Source of the DNA: Wickerhamiella versatilis
Lineage: Eukaryota
Length of the DNA stretch: 64,000 nucleotides
Assembly (NCBI GenBank): GCA_030867685.1
Contig: JAQOWU010000008.1
Span: 3,720,001 to 3,784,000, forward strand
Reading direction: 5' to 3'
Part shown: piece by piece, positions 10,774 to 20,230 of the stretch
Numbering within the stretch: position 1 is the first letter of the stretch
Layout: every line of letters starts with the position of its first letter
Translations under genes and position numbers: made by a program
Notes under the pieces: generated by a model
What the model saw: only the letters and a program-made list of their open reading frames with translations
Told to the model about the DNA's origin: nothing
Database searches by the model: none

Positions 10774-11852
10774 TGCTTGGTGCTTAATGATGTTCATATC
10801 GGTCTCTTGGCACTATTCAAGTTGAATAATTAATAAATTGTCAACGATCTAGGTATATATGTGTCATGGTAATTTTTATTGCGTTTATTAGTCGCGTGTA
10901 ACTTTCATTTTGTGGAGTGAAATAGAGTACATTCTGAATGGTTTTCTCAAGGTTACCATTTCACAATGAGCGTGGATTATGCCTCCACATCTCGTTTTAC
11001 ACCGAGTGTGAGATGAGAGCTGGTTGTGGATAAGCTCTATAGTGCAATATACAGGATATGTAAAGCATCATCGTGCATTCACTTCCCATAAATATCAGTG
11101 GCGGCATTGTAAATCGCTGCGAATCACTACGAATCGCTGCGGGGCCCCGGAGTTCTCTCACAGAAAGGGCTCGTAATGTATCTTGCCCTAAATTCCGAAA
11201 AAGACACGACCTGAAGTGGGGTGAGAACGTTATCAATCGAAAGATAGCTACAACCGCCAGCCTCCTCCATCACCCGCTACTGGAAAAATGGGGGTTTTAA
11301 TCAATTTTAACTTCGTGTAGCCGAAAAATCTAAATTAATCCGGCTCGGATATACATACCCGAAACCCGGGTGCCATATTTTTCCGAACCTATGCCAGAAA
11401 AAGTCAAAGAGGCCAAGATCTGCGAGCGGAAATTTTCTCAGAGCCTTAATACTATGTTTTTTTTTATATTATGAGCATTTCATGATAGGTGAGCATCTCC
11501 ACAGAACCCCACAGCTAAGAATTAGTTAATCCGAAGATTGCATGAGCCTAATTTGCCGCGCATTCTCTATCGCCACTTTGTCTCATCGGAAATATTTATT
11601 TTCAATTATTTTACCACAATGTCACCAAAGCTGTCCATTTAGTATCGAAAACGCGTTCTATTTCGTTGCAGACGATGTCGCGTGGTTCATGCTTCAAACA
11701 GAGTCTTCTATATCATCTTGCATACGGAACATTTTAGCTTCTTACCCGCATTTATTAATCGTTCTTCGTTCAGTGCTTAAAACCCTAGAACCGTGACCAG
11801 TACTATATAAACGAACTATAAGCTAGACCAGAGCTAAGCAATTTGACTCGTC
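10774..11852 (+). repeat. Duplicated intergenic spacer, copy B (3' region of porter 2 plus promoter of porter 3)
   Basis: Colinear with 7810-8847 apart from small indels. Confidence 0.95.
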
Positions 11853-13769
11853 ATGAGTGATCACGAAGACTATGGAGTGAATGCCTCGCCTCGCCACCTC
11901 GGTGACGAGAAATATAGCGATCAGAGAATGCAGCACATGGAAAATGGTTTGCAAGAACTTCGAGAAGAGCTCTCTAATTTAAGAGCTGAAAACATGGATT
12001 TAAGATCTAGGTATCAGAATACTGCACATCATACCAATAATGATGACATCTCCCCATCGCCTAGTCCACCAGCCTCTAATGCTGGGGAGAAAGTGACCCC
12101 TGAACTCGGAAGGGCGGGTCTTGCTGGGCACAATCTACCGAAGGATAGGGATTATAGTACACTGTACTACATGAGTCCATTTAGAATGATTGACCCCAAG
12201 TTTAAGTTCCGGAACCCATATATCATTGCCGCAATCTCAACAATGGGAGGTCTGCTTTTCGGTGCAGCAGGAAGTAACATGACACCTTTTATTGGTTTGC
12301 AAGGGTATAATTGTACATTTGGTACGAGAAACCCTGATGGCTCGTGCACTGGAATTCCAGGTATTCAGCAAGGTGGTGTATCCGGTGCTTTCCCTGGTGG
12401 GGCCTTCATTGGTGCCGTCATCTCGGCTTTTATTGGCGATAAGATGGGACGAAAGAATATGATTTGTTATGGTGCTTGTTTATGGATTATTGGTGCAGTA
12501 CTACAGGTATGCTCTTGTGCAATTCCAGAGAGATTCGTGGTTGGTCCAAAAGTGTGTCTTTCAATTGGTCGTATAGTTATGGGTATATGTGTTGGTTTTG
12601 CATCTTCCAATGTGCCACTGTACCTTCAAGAGCTGAGTCCTCCTAATATTCGAGGCCGTCTTGCAGTGTGTTTCCAGTTGTCTGAAACTGTCGGTATCCT
12701 AGCTATGTATGAAGTCGCATGGGGGTGCTCAAATATTACGGTAAATGAAGGGCGTGCTGGACTGGAGCTCGCTTGGGGTCTTATGATGGTTCCTGGTGCG
12801 ATCTGGCTTGTTGGTTCTTTCTTCCTACCGGAAAGTCCGCGTTGGTTGGCTACTATGGGTGATTGGACAGAGTGTGTTGATATTTTGACGTTCCTGAGAG
12901 GCCAAGATGCCGAATCCCAGGTTGTGAGAAATGAGCTTGTAGAATACGAAACTGCGATTCGGGAGGAAACTGAAAAACAGACTGGTTTCAGTGATTTATT
13001 CAAAGGCCACAGTTTTGGACGAACTATTGCATGTCTTAGTGTTATGGCAAATCAACAGCTTATTGGTACGAATATCGTACTGTTCTACGCTGGCTCCATT
13101 ATTCGTATGAGTGACTATGGTGACATTGATGTATTCCGTTTCACCACAGTTTGGTATGCTGTGAACCTGGGTATGACTCTCATCCCAACATTCTGGGTTG
13201 ACCGATGGTCAAGGAGATGGGTATTCATCGGAGGTGCTCTAGGCATGTGTGCGTGTATGGCTATTACAGCAGGCCTTATGGGTAAATATGGTGTACCTAC
13301 CCCAGGTGATAACGGATACTGCACTAATTACGATGACCCAAGTACATGTGATGGTACAATTAGACAGTATGTTCCATATAAGCCTGCAGGTAAGGCCGCT
13401 TTGGCATTCTCTATTATATTCTTCGGTATTTTTGCTATCGGCTGGGGTCCTGTTGCTTGGGTATACTGTTCTGAGATCTTCCCACCCAGTCAGCGTAGTG
13501 TTGGCAATAGTCTTGGTTCTGCTATCAACTGGCTCTTCAATTTTGCCATTACGGTATCTTGCCCGGCCGGTTTCATTAATATTCAATGGAGAACGTACGT
13601 CATCTACGCCGTATTTGGTATGGTGGCTGCAATATTCACGTTCTTCTTCGTTCCTGAGACTCTTGGCTACAGTCTCGATGAGATGGATGCTATGATCAAG
13701 CGTGGTGTGTCGCCATGGAAGTCCGACCCAGTCTACTTGTGGTTCAAGGGAATGAAGAAGAATAATTGA
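11853..13769 (+). CDS. MFS sugar porter, HGT1-like, tandem copy 3
   Basis: Same sugar-porter motifs; TATATAAA at 11804-11811. Confidence 0.92.
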   Translation: MSDHEDYGVNASPRHLGDEKYSDQRMQHMENGLQELREELSNLRAENMDLRSRYQNTAHHTNNDDISPSPSPPASNAGEKVTPELGRAGLAGHNLPKDRDYSTLYYMSPFRMIDPKFKFRNPYIIAAISTMGGLLFGAAGSNMTPFIGLQGYNCTFGTRNPDGSCTGIPGIQQGGVSGAFPGGAFIGAVISAFIGDKMGRKNMICYGACLWIIGAVLQVCSCAIPERFVVGPKVCLSIGRIVMGICVGFASSNVPLYLQELSPPNIRGRLAVCFQLSETVGILAMYEVAWGCSNITVNEGRAGLELAWGLMMVPGAIWLVGSFFLPESPRWLATMGDWTECVDILTFLRGQDAESQVVRNELVEYETAIREETEKQTGFSDLFKGHSFGRTIACLSVMANQQLIGTNIVLFYAGSIIRMSDYGDIDVFRFTTVWYAVNLGMTLIPTFWVDRWSRRWVFIGGALGMCACMAITAGLMGKYGVPTPGDNGYCTNYDDPSTCDGTIRQYVPYKPAGKAALAFSIIFFGIFAIGWGPVAWVYCSEIFPPSQRSVGNSLGSAINWLFNFAITVSCPAGFINIQWRTYVIYAVFGMVAAIFTFFFVPETLGYSLDEMDAMIKRGVSPWKSDPVYLWFKGMKKNN

Positions 13770-14566
13770 GAAAATGGGACAGTCGTTTGAAATTTACGAA
13801 TCTTTTTATCTTATTTCGTGTGTATGTAAAGAAAAGTTAATGCATGAAATTAGTTTAGTTAGACGAAACTTACGAATTCTGATACAAAAAAATCACTTAC
13901 TTAAGCTGGCGTGTAACATTTTGTATTGCGAGAGTCAGACGTTCGCCGGTGATTGAAACTGTGGTTCATGGGTCGCCACAAAGGTACCCTTCCATCTAGA
14001 TAAATGGTATTTAATCCTGGCGTCGCCAATACGCTACTAATTCTGATGCCGGTACTCAATTAATGTAGTTAATATGCAGCAGCATAGTTCGTTACGCCCT
14101 AATCTTCACAAACTAGACTCATGTGGGATTCTCGAATTTCTATATGGGTTCATCATGTAAATAGAGGAATATGGTGGCATGATAACTGTGGCGAGAGCTA
14201 TACTGAAGGCCGAACTATGATCAATCTGTTCGGCGATAAGACGCGAGCCAGCACATGCTGATGGAGATAAATATCATAGTAATGTGTGATAAAATAAATT
14301 ATTCTATCTTGCAATGCCCCTAAGGTAGTTAGAATACTTAACCATGGATACCTCAAATCAGTAATTTCAATAATCCAACTAAACCAAATATAAGAGCCGG
14401 ACTCACTAAATACTTATCTTGTCGGTGACTACTGCTGTCACACCGAACTGGAAGGTCGAGGAGCCCACGATGATGACTAAACGTTGACTTGCTAATCCAA
14501 CTGGAATAAACAAGCAACCAAGACTCGCATAAAATTGATGGCACTGGGCCTCATAAAAGAATAAAA

Positions 14567-17212
14567 ATGGAGCCAGTCGATTCAGATTATGCAAATGACT
14601 TCAGTGCGATGCTTGACCGGTCTCTAAAGATTGGGCAAGGCTCACCAGAGTCTCCATACCATTCCTCAACCCGTGGGAGACGAAATCCATCTAGCGGAGC
14701 CTATGGATCGCCACCAAGAACTATGGACCCCTACGCTATGGAAAGAAAACGTGAACAAGAAAGACAGGCTCATATAGACATGTTGATTCGGCAAGAACGT
14801 GAACGCCTAGAGGAAGAACGATCGGACAAGCAGCGGGCGGAAAATGCCCGAATCAAGCACGCTATTGAGCGACAAAAGAAGATAGAAGAACACATAAAAG
14901 CATCGCAGCGTGCGAAAGAGCAAGCCGAGAACCACGAACGCGACTTAGCCGCAAGGGCCCGAGCTCATGCTCTCACTATTGAAGTTCAGGGCTCCCCTCC
15001 TACGCCACGCAAGGTCACGACTGAGCGGGGTCCTGGAATACCCAGTCCACGATCGCACATGAAGCTCAGTCCTAGTGCAACAAGCTTCATGTCAACGAAG
15101 TCCGGAACCCAAGATACGAATGGTAACGCAGACGCATCACGGAGAAGACCAAGTAATGCTAATCTAGGAGCAGCATATGAGCGAAAGAATCAAGTTGAAC
15201 CTATTCCTGAAACCTCTGCCAGTGATGCTGTACCCGCAACTCTAGGTGACCACCAGAACCGCGAGGGCGCCGCCACTATGGTTAGGCGGGTGAAAGATGA
15301 CGATGGAAATGTAATGACTCGTGTTATCAAGAAAGGTGTCGAGGATTTCGACTTCAAAGATGAACTTGGCAGTGGATCCTATTCGACTGTTGTTGCGGCA
15401 TGTGATAAACAAACACTACGTCAATACGCGATTAAAATTCTCGACAAAGCACATATCATCAAAGAGGGTAAGGTGAAATATGTGGAGATCGAGAAGCACA
15501 CATTAAATCGTTTGGGTGATCACCCTGGTATCATACACCTATATTTCACGTTCCAAGACCGTGCATCACTCTACTTCGTTCTAGATTATGCACCCAATGG
15601 CGAACTTCTACATTTGGTGAAACGAATAGGCTCCCTTGATGAAAATTGTGCTCGGTACTACAGTGCACAGTTGTTGGATGCTATAGATTACATGCATAAA
15701 CATGGTGTAATCCACCGCGATTTAAAACCGGAAAACATATTGCTGGACTATAAAATGCGGATAAAAATCACAGATTTTGGTACAGCGAAACTGCTCAATG
15801 CAAATTCAGATGGGGTTTACCCGCGAGATGTGCGGGCTAGCTCTTTCGTAGGCACCGCAGAATATGTCTCTCCGGAACTTCTTTTGCAGAAGGAACAAGG
15901 AAAGGGTACAGATATATGGGCCTTTGGATGCGTTCTTTATCAGATGATCGCTTCAGTCCCTCCCTTCCAGGGCTCTACACAATACCTCACTTTCCAAAAG
16001 GTTGCCAAGCTTCAATACAATATACCGCCAGGATTCCCATTCTTAGTGCGTGATCTGCTCAAGCATGTGTTGGTAGATTATCGAAGAAGATGGGGAGTTC
16101 AAGAAATCAAATCGCATGAGTTCTTTGAGGGCCAGGATTGGTCACGCAAGGGATTATGGGCGTTATCGCCACCGAAACTTCAGCCTTACCGGCCTTCATC
16201 ATCATCTATGAAACCTAGAGGGCGTGGAACACCGGCACCAATGCCACAAGTACCTGTGGCTAATACTGCGAAGCCCAATAGGTCGCTTCCTCAAATGATA
16301 CCCACCGCTGCTGGATTACAGCCCGTGATGCCTACAACTCTTGCAGGAATGCCGCGAAGAACACCCATATCACAGCAACAACAGCAATTGCAACTCCAGC
16401 AGCAGGCTAGACCGCAGGTTAAGCCGCGACCTCAGCCAGCAACATCTTCATCTATTTCCGGTAGACGGAACGGGCCAAATAATAGTGCATCTGCTGCAGC
16501 TGCCGCTTTAAACAAAAAGACACCGCCTACATCGGGGGCGTATCAGCAGGGTCAAGAGCGTATCGAGGCGATCCGTCGAAGACTCCAGAGCCAGCGAATG
16601 CGGCCTTCAACTCCTGATGCATCCAAGAAAGAGCCAGTAAGCCCCATATCGCCTGTGAGAACCGGATCAAGCTCTCCGTCAATTCCCCCAAATAGGACAG
16701 TGTCAGCCACATCTTCTTCTTCAACCTTGCTAGCAGCGCCACCTATATCACAGCTTGAAGGTGAATGGGCGTCTGTGCTTACATCGGCTAGCGAGCGAAT
16801 TCTACGTATCGGGCAGGTTATGGTTCATATTGGTGCGCACCCTGGAGAGGAAATCGAAGACGAAAGCTTTGTTCATAAGCTCTTCCAGGCAAAACCAAAA
16901 CCTCGGACTATGATGGTCACATCTTTAGGTCGACTTCTGATAATTGATTCCGATCGTAAAGTTCGCGTTGAAGTTCCTCTGGGAGTGCCACAGGTTGTTG
17001 TTCGAGAGGTGCTAGTTGGAGACAGGCCATCGTCGCTTGTTATCGAAACTTACAACAAGGTGCTTACCGTTGAACATTCGGGAGGGATGTCTGCCTGGCT
17101 GGCGAGTATTGAAATGGCAAGACGCTATCACGCTCAGAAAACTGCCGAAGATGACCGCAATAAATTTTCTGCGGCGGCAGCAGCTGCCTGCGCAGTTTCA
17201 GGTCTACATTAA
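14567..17212 (+). CDS. PKH1: PDK1-family Ser/Thr kinase (Pkh1/2, Ksg1-like)
   Basis: LGSGSYSTV, HRDLKPEN, DFG, RASSFVGTAEYVSPE; C-terminal PH-like region; N-terminal charged coiled coil. Confidence 0.9.
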   Translation: MEPVDSDYANDFSAMLDRSLKIGQGSPESPYHSSTRGRRNPSSGAYGSPPRTMDPYAMERKREQERQAHIDMLIRQERERLEEERSDKQRAENARIKHAIERQKKIEEHIKASQRAKEQAENHERDLAARARAHALTIEVQGSPPTPRKVTTERGPGIPSPRSHMKLSPSATSFMSTKSGTQDTNGNADASRRRPSNANLGAAYERKNQVEPIPETSASDAVPATLGDHQNREGAATMVRRVKDDDGNVMTRVIKKGVEDFDFKDELGSGSYSTVVAACDKQTLRQYAIKILDKAHIIKEGKVKYVEIEKHTLNRLGDHPGIIHLYFTFQDRASLYFVLDYAPNGELLHLVKRIGSLDENCARYYSAQLLDAIDYMHKHGVIHRDLKPENILLDYKMRIKITDFGTAKLLNANSDGVYPRDVRASSFVGTAEYVSPELLLQKEQGKGTDIWAFGCVLYQMIASVPPFQGSTQYLTFQKVAKLQYNIPPGFPFLVRDLLKHVLVDYRRRWGVQEIKSHEFFEGQDWSRKGLWALSPPKLQPYRPSSSSMKPRGRGTPAPMPQVPVANTAKPNRSLPQMIPTAAGLQPVMPTTLAGMPRRTPISQQQQQLQLQQQARPQVKPRPQPATSSSISGRRNGPNNSASAAAAALNKKTPPTSGAYQQGQERIEAIRRRLQSQRMRPSTPDASKKEPVSPISPVRTGSSSPSIPPNRTVSATSSSSTLLAAPPISQLEGEWASVLTSASERILRIGQVMVHIGAHPGEEIEDESFVHKLFQAKPKPRTMMVTSLGRLLIIDSDRKVRVEVPLGVPQVVVREVLVGDRPSSLVIETYNKVLTVEHSGGMSAWLASIEMARRYHAQKTAEDDRNKFSAAAAAACAVSGLH

Positions 17213-17347
17213 TGACTCTCTTACTTAAATTTTTAATCATTTTGGGCTTTAGCGTTTTATATTATATGTAGCTGATCATAGCCAAATCAATGAAAGCATG
17301 ATATAAGCTTAGATGTGAGGCATTTTCTTTCATCATAATTTCGCCAA

Positions 17348-19375
17348 CTAGTTTTCAGAGTTACTGATTTCAGAGTTACTCTCCGAACCTTCTGAATCTC
17401 CCTCTTCAGAAGAAGAAGATTCTGCCACTCCATCTTCTTCTGACTCTTCCTCGGACCCGTTTCCCTGCTCGTCTTCTCCAGGTTGTAAAAATTCTTCCAA
17501 ACTCATTTTCTTGACTTTTCCCGTCAAAGGCTCTCGAAAATCCCTACCGTTCTCGATCTCTTTAGACTCCTCACCAGGGAATTCACTTACACCTCTATTG
17601 CCCCATGGTTCCAACGGCATATATCCATCTAGAGGATGGCCCAATATAGCAGAGGCTGAGTCCAGTGGAAACTCGCTAGTCCTAGGAATCAGTGTTGGGG
17701 GCGGTTTGGAAGCCTGTAAAACCAAAGCCGCAAGTTGAGGATGAGTTCCATCATCCTCCAGTAAAGCACTGAACATACGGGACCTATCCCTTATATCCGG
17801 ATCAGCATCAAACTGGCCAAGAAATAGCGCATGTCGGAAATACTGCGGTAGGCGGGAGTCGAAGTCAGCCAAGCCTTCTGCATGCAGAGTAAATGCTTTG
17901 GCCGCCAGGAGGATAATTTGGAGTCTAAGCTCTGGCGCTTGTCGAGCTAACTTTGGTACTATTCTACGTAGCAACTCAACAGCAAGTCCCGGGCAATTCC
18001 TACAATATTCGCCAATAAGCCACAGGGCCGCAGCTCGTGCGTCGGCTGGTATTTCTTGCCGTTCTGCCAAAGTGCTCAATTTAGAAAGTAGTACAGGTCG
18101 CAATGGCTCCTCAATTACCATACAACTAAGAATGAGTACTGCCTCGCTCGTCACAATTGCATGGTAATTTGGTGAGCCCACGATTTTTAGCAGCCATCGG
18201 ATGACCTTGGAAGAATCAGAAGCACCCACCACAAGGGCTTCGAATGCAGCTCTCACACATTCTCGGGATTCCTGCATGGCTTTTACACTGAACTCAATTT
18301 CATCAAGATCTTCCGTGGTCAGTCCCTGAACACTTTTTATCAAGCCCCATATCCGATATTTTAACAAACATATTGGTAAAGGATCACCTGGACGAGGCCA
18401 AAACCTTTTGTGAAAGGGTGCAAAATAACTAGGGCATAACACGCAGGCTCCCTGTATCGCGGTTAGAGCAAATTCTGAAAATTCAAGACTGGCGAGAGCC
18501 CCAGCAACTTCTTCAGTTAACTGTCCACAGTTAATGATCGCTACCGCTGCCTGGACAAGAACTGCATCATTATGGCTAATAAGTAACGGGCGGCATCCCA
18601 TTACAAGCTGCATACTTCCTTCGGAGTTGGGACCAGCAAAATAATGACGCGCATACCTCATCAATATTTTTACGGCATATATTTGAGCCCATTCATCATA
18701 ATATTGCAGATCACCACAGCAATTGGCAAAGTGGCCATGTAGGACGTCCAGACGTCCAGGGAAGCTATTCTCTATCGCTACGAGCGCACGGCCTCTGACG
18801 CGGGGATCTCTCGTATTATCTTGTAGGTAACCCTTAATTCCATTAAGTGCTTCCACAGATAGCGTTGGGTCATTATTATATGACTTCTCGAGTGCCATAA
18901 TACATTCGATGCTCACCCCAATACTTCGATCATTTGACAACTCCTTTACCGCCATTAAAACAATTTGGGCTATACCAGGCGCCTGCACCGAGCCTAGAAC
19001 CCATAATGCCTGTGCACGGACGGCTTCTGAAGGATCACTGAGCCATTTCTGTATAGCACTAATAGACATTAGCGTTAACTCTGGTTCGTGAGCAGCATAG
19101 AGCACAAGGTATTGAGCAGCCATAGAACGCACAGTAGGATTCGTGGAATAAATGCTCCGAACTACATCTGCAAAAAATACAGTGGCATCCTTTCCTTGTC
19201 CTGCAAGGCTGAGTACAACACGCAGGCCGGCTATACGATCACGGTCGGCATCACTTGCAAGCAAGCGACGTGCCTCAGCATGATCCGGTGGTGTTGATTC
19301 GATAAGGCGGCTTGCCGTAGACGCTGCGCCTAATGTGAGCTCACGTGCCGAATCCAAGACCAGCCCGAGCGACAT
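17348..19375 (-). CDS. APL6: AP-3 adaptor complex beta subunit
   Basis: Adaptin N-terminal trunk (LYAAHEPELTLMSISAIQKWLSDP, DEWAQIY, DPDIRDRSRMF) followed by an acidic tail. Confidence 0.85.
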   Translation of the reverse strand: MSLGLVLDSARELTLGAASTASRLIESTPPDHAEARRLLASDADRDRIAGLRVVLSLAGQGKDATVFFADVVRSIYSTNPTVRSMAAQYLVLYAAHEPELTLMSISAIQKWLSDPSEAVRAQALWVLGSVQAPGIAQIVLMAVKELSNDRSIGVSIECIMALEKSYNNDPTLSVEALNGIKGYLQDNTRDPRVRGRALVAIENSFPGRLDVLHGHFANCCGDLQYYDEWAQIYAVKILMRYARHYFAGPNSEGSMQLVMGCRPLLISHNDAVLVQAAVAIINCGQLTEEVAGALASLEFSEFALTAIQGACVLCPSYFAPFHKRFWPRPGDPLPICLLKYRIWGLIKSVQGLTTEDLDEIEFSVKAMQESRECVRAAFEALVVGASDSSKVIRWLLKIVGSPNYHAIVTSEAVLILSCMVIEEPLRPVLLSKLSTLAERQEIPADARAAALWLIGEYCRNCPGLAVELLRRIVPKLARQAPELRLQIILLAAKAFTLHAEGLADFDSRLPQYFRHALFLGQFDADPDIRDRSRMFSALLEDDGTHPQLAALVLQASKPPPTLIPRTSEFPLDSASAILGHPLDGYMPLEPWGNRGVSEFPGEESKEIENGRDFREPLTGKVKKMSLEEFLQPGEDEQGNGSEEESEEDGVAESSSSEEGDSEGSESNSEISNSEN

Positions 19376-19428
19376 CTACGTAAGCATGTACCACTTAGTT
19401 TCTATGTCGGTATTATTACAACTAATCA

Positions 19429-20205
19429 TTAAAATGGGTCCTCATACGGATCTTCCTCGTCATAATCGTCATCCTTCTCGAATTCATAGACAATAGCACC
19501 GCCAATCCGCTCACCAATTTCTCCCTCCTGCGCTTCCATGAAGGGCAGATCCACATCTTCCCTTGACGCTCGCTGTTTGTCTGTAGTTGTCAAATTAAAC
19601 GTCGCAATATTGTTCAATATCGAATCGTCTTCTGCTGTTGTGTCTGTACTTCGCGGTGGGATGAAGCGCGTGGTGTGATTTATGCTGTCAACGACGAAAT
19701 CTGCCTTGGTCGATTTCCCAGATCGCCGCTTGAGTTCAACGTTTACTTTAAACCGCGGTTGAGGAAGTATATCAAATCGCTCGATTGGGTTATTGACCGT
19801 TTTCTCGAGATATTCTTCATCAGGTACCACCTGAACTATCGTGGTTGCCATATATTCCAGTAGACGGCGTCCATGAGGCTGGTAGCCTAAAGGAAGCTCT
19901 AAATCCTCGTGAAAGATACCAACCAAGCTGGTCTTAACTCCTGGGACCCACAATTTTCGAAATGAATTAATATCATTGGCTTTCCCTAGATCTCTCACAA
20001 GGATAAGAACCCGAGCTGCGGTCTTTTTAATCTCGAGCTCTTCAAGGTTTTCCACTTCTATCACCTCACAGTCACTTGGGGCCCGATGCCTAAACTCACC
20101 CAACAGAGGTAATGCTGTTTGTCCCAACGAATCTACCAGAAGTACAAATGGCGACCAGTCCCGTAAGCCTAAAATCCTATCTAGGATTTGAGCCTGTCTT
20201 TCCAT
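19429..20205 (-). CDS. ELP5: Elongator complex subunit Elp5
   Basis: ILDRILGLRDWSPFVLLVDSLGQ, RRSGK, TFNL and the diagnostic end GGAIVYEFEKDDDYDEEDPYEDPF. First ATG is at 20205. Confidence 0.88.
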   Translation of the reverse strand: MERQAQILDRILGLRDWSPFVLLVDSLGQTALPLLGEFRHRAPSDCEVIEVENLEELEIKKTAARVLILVRDLGKANDINSFRKLWVPGVKTSLVGIFHEDLELPLGYQPHGRRLLEYMATTIVQVVPDEEYLEKTVNNPIERFDILPQPRFKVNVELKRRSGKSTKADFVVDSINHTTRFIPPRSTDTTAEDDSILNNIATFNLTTTDKQRASREDVDLPFMEAQEGEIGERIGGAIVYEFEKDDDYDEEDPYEDPF

Positions 20206-20230
20206 TAACTTTTTGTGACTAATCTGGGCT

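Noticed and set aside
11073-11300. ORF in the duplicated spacer
   Set aside because: Non-ATG start, and indels change the frame relative to the other spacer copy.
5878-13695. Long antisense and alternative-frame ORFs over the transporters (e.g. 7120-7806, 10240-10797)
   Set aside because: Shadows of codon-biased sense genes; they recur only because the genes are duplicated.
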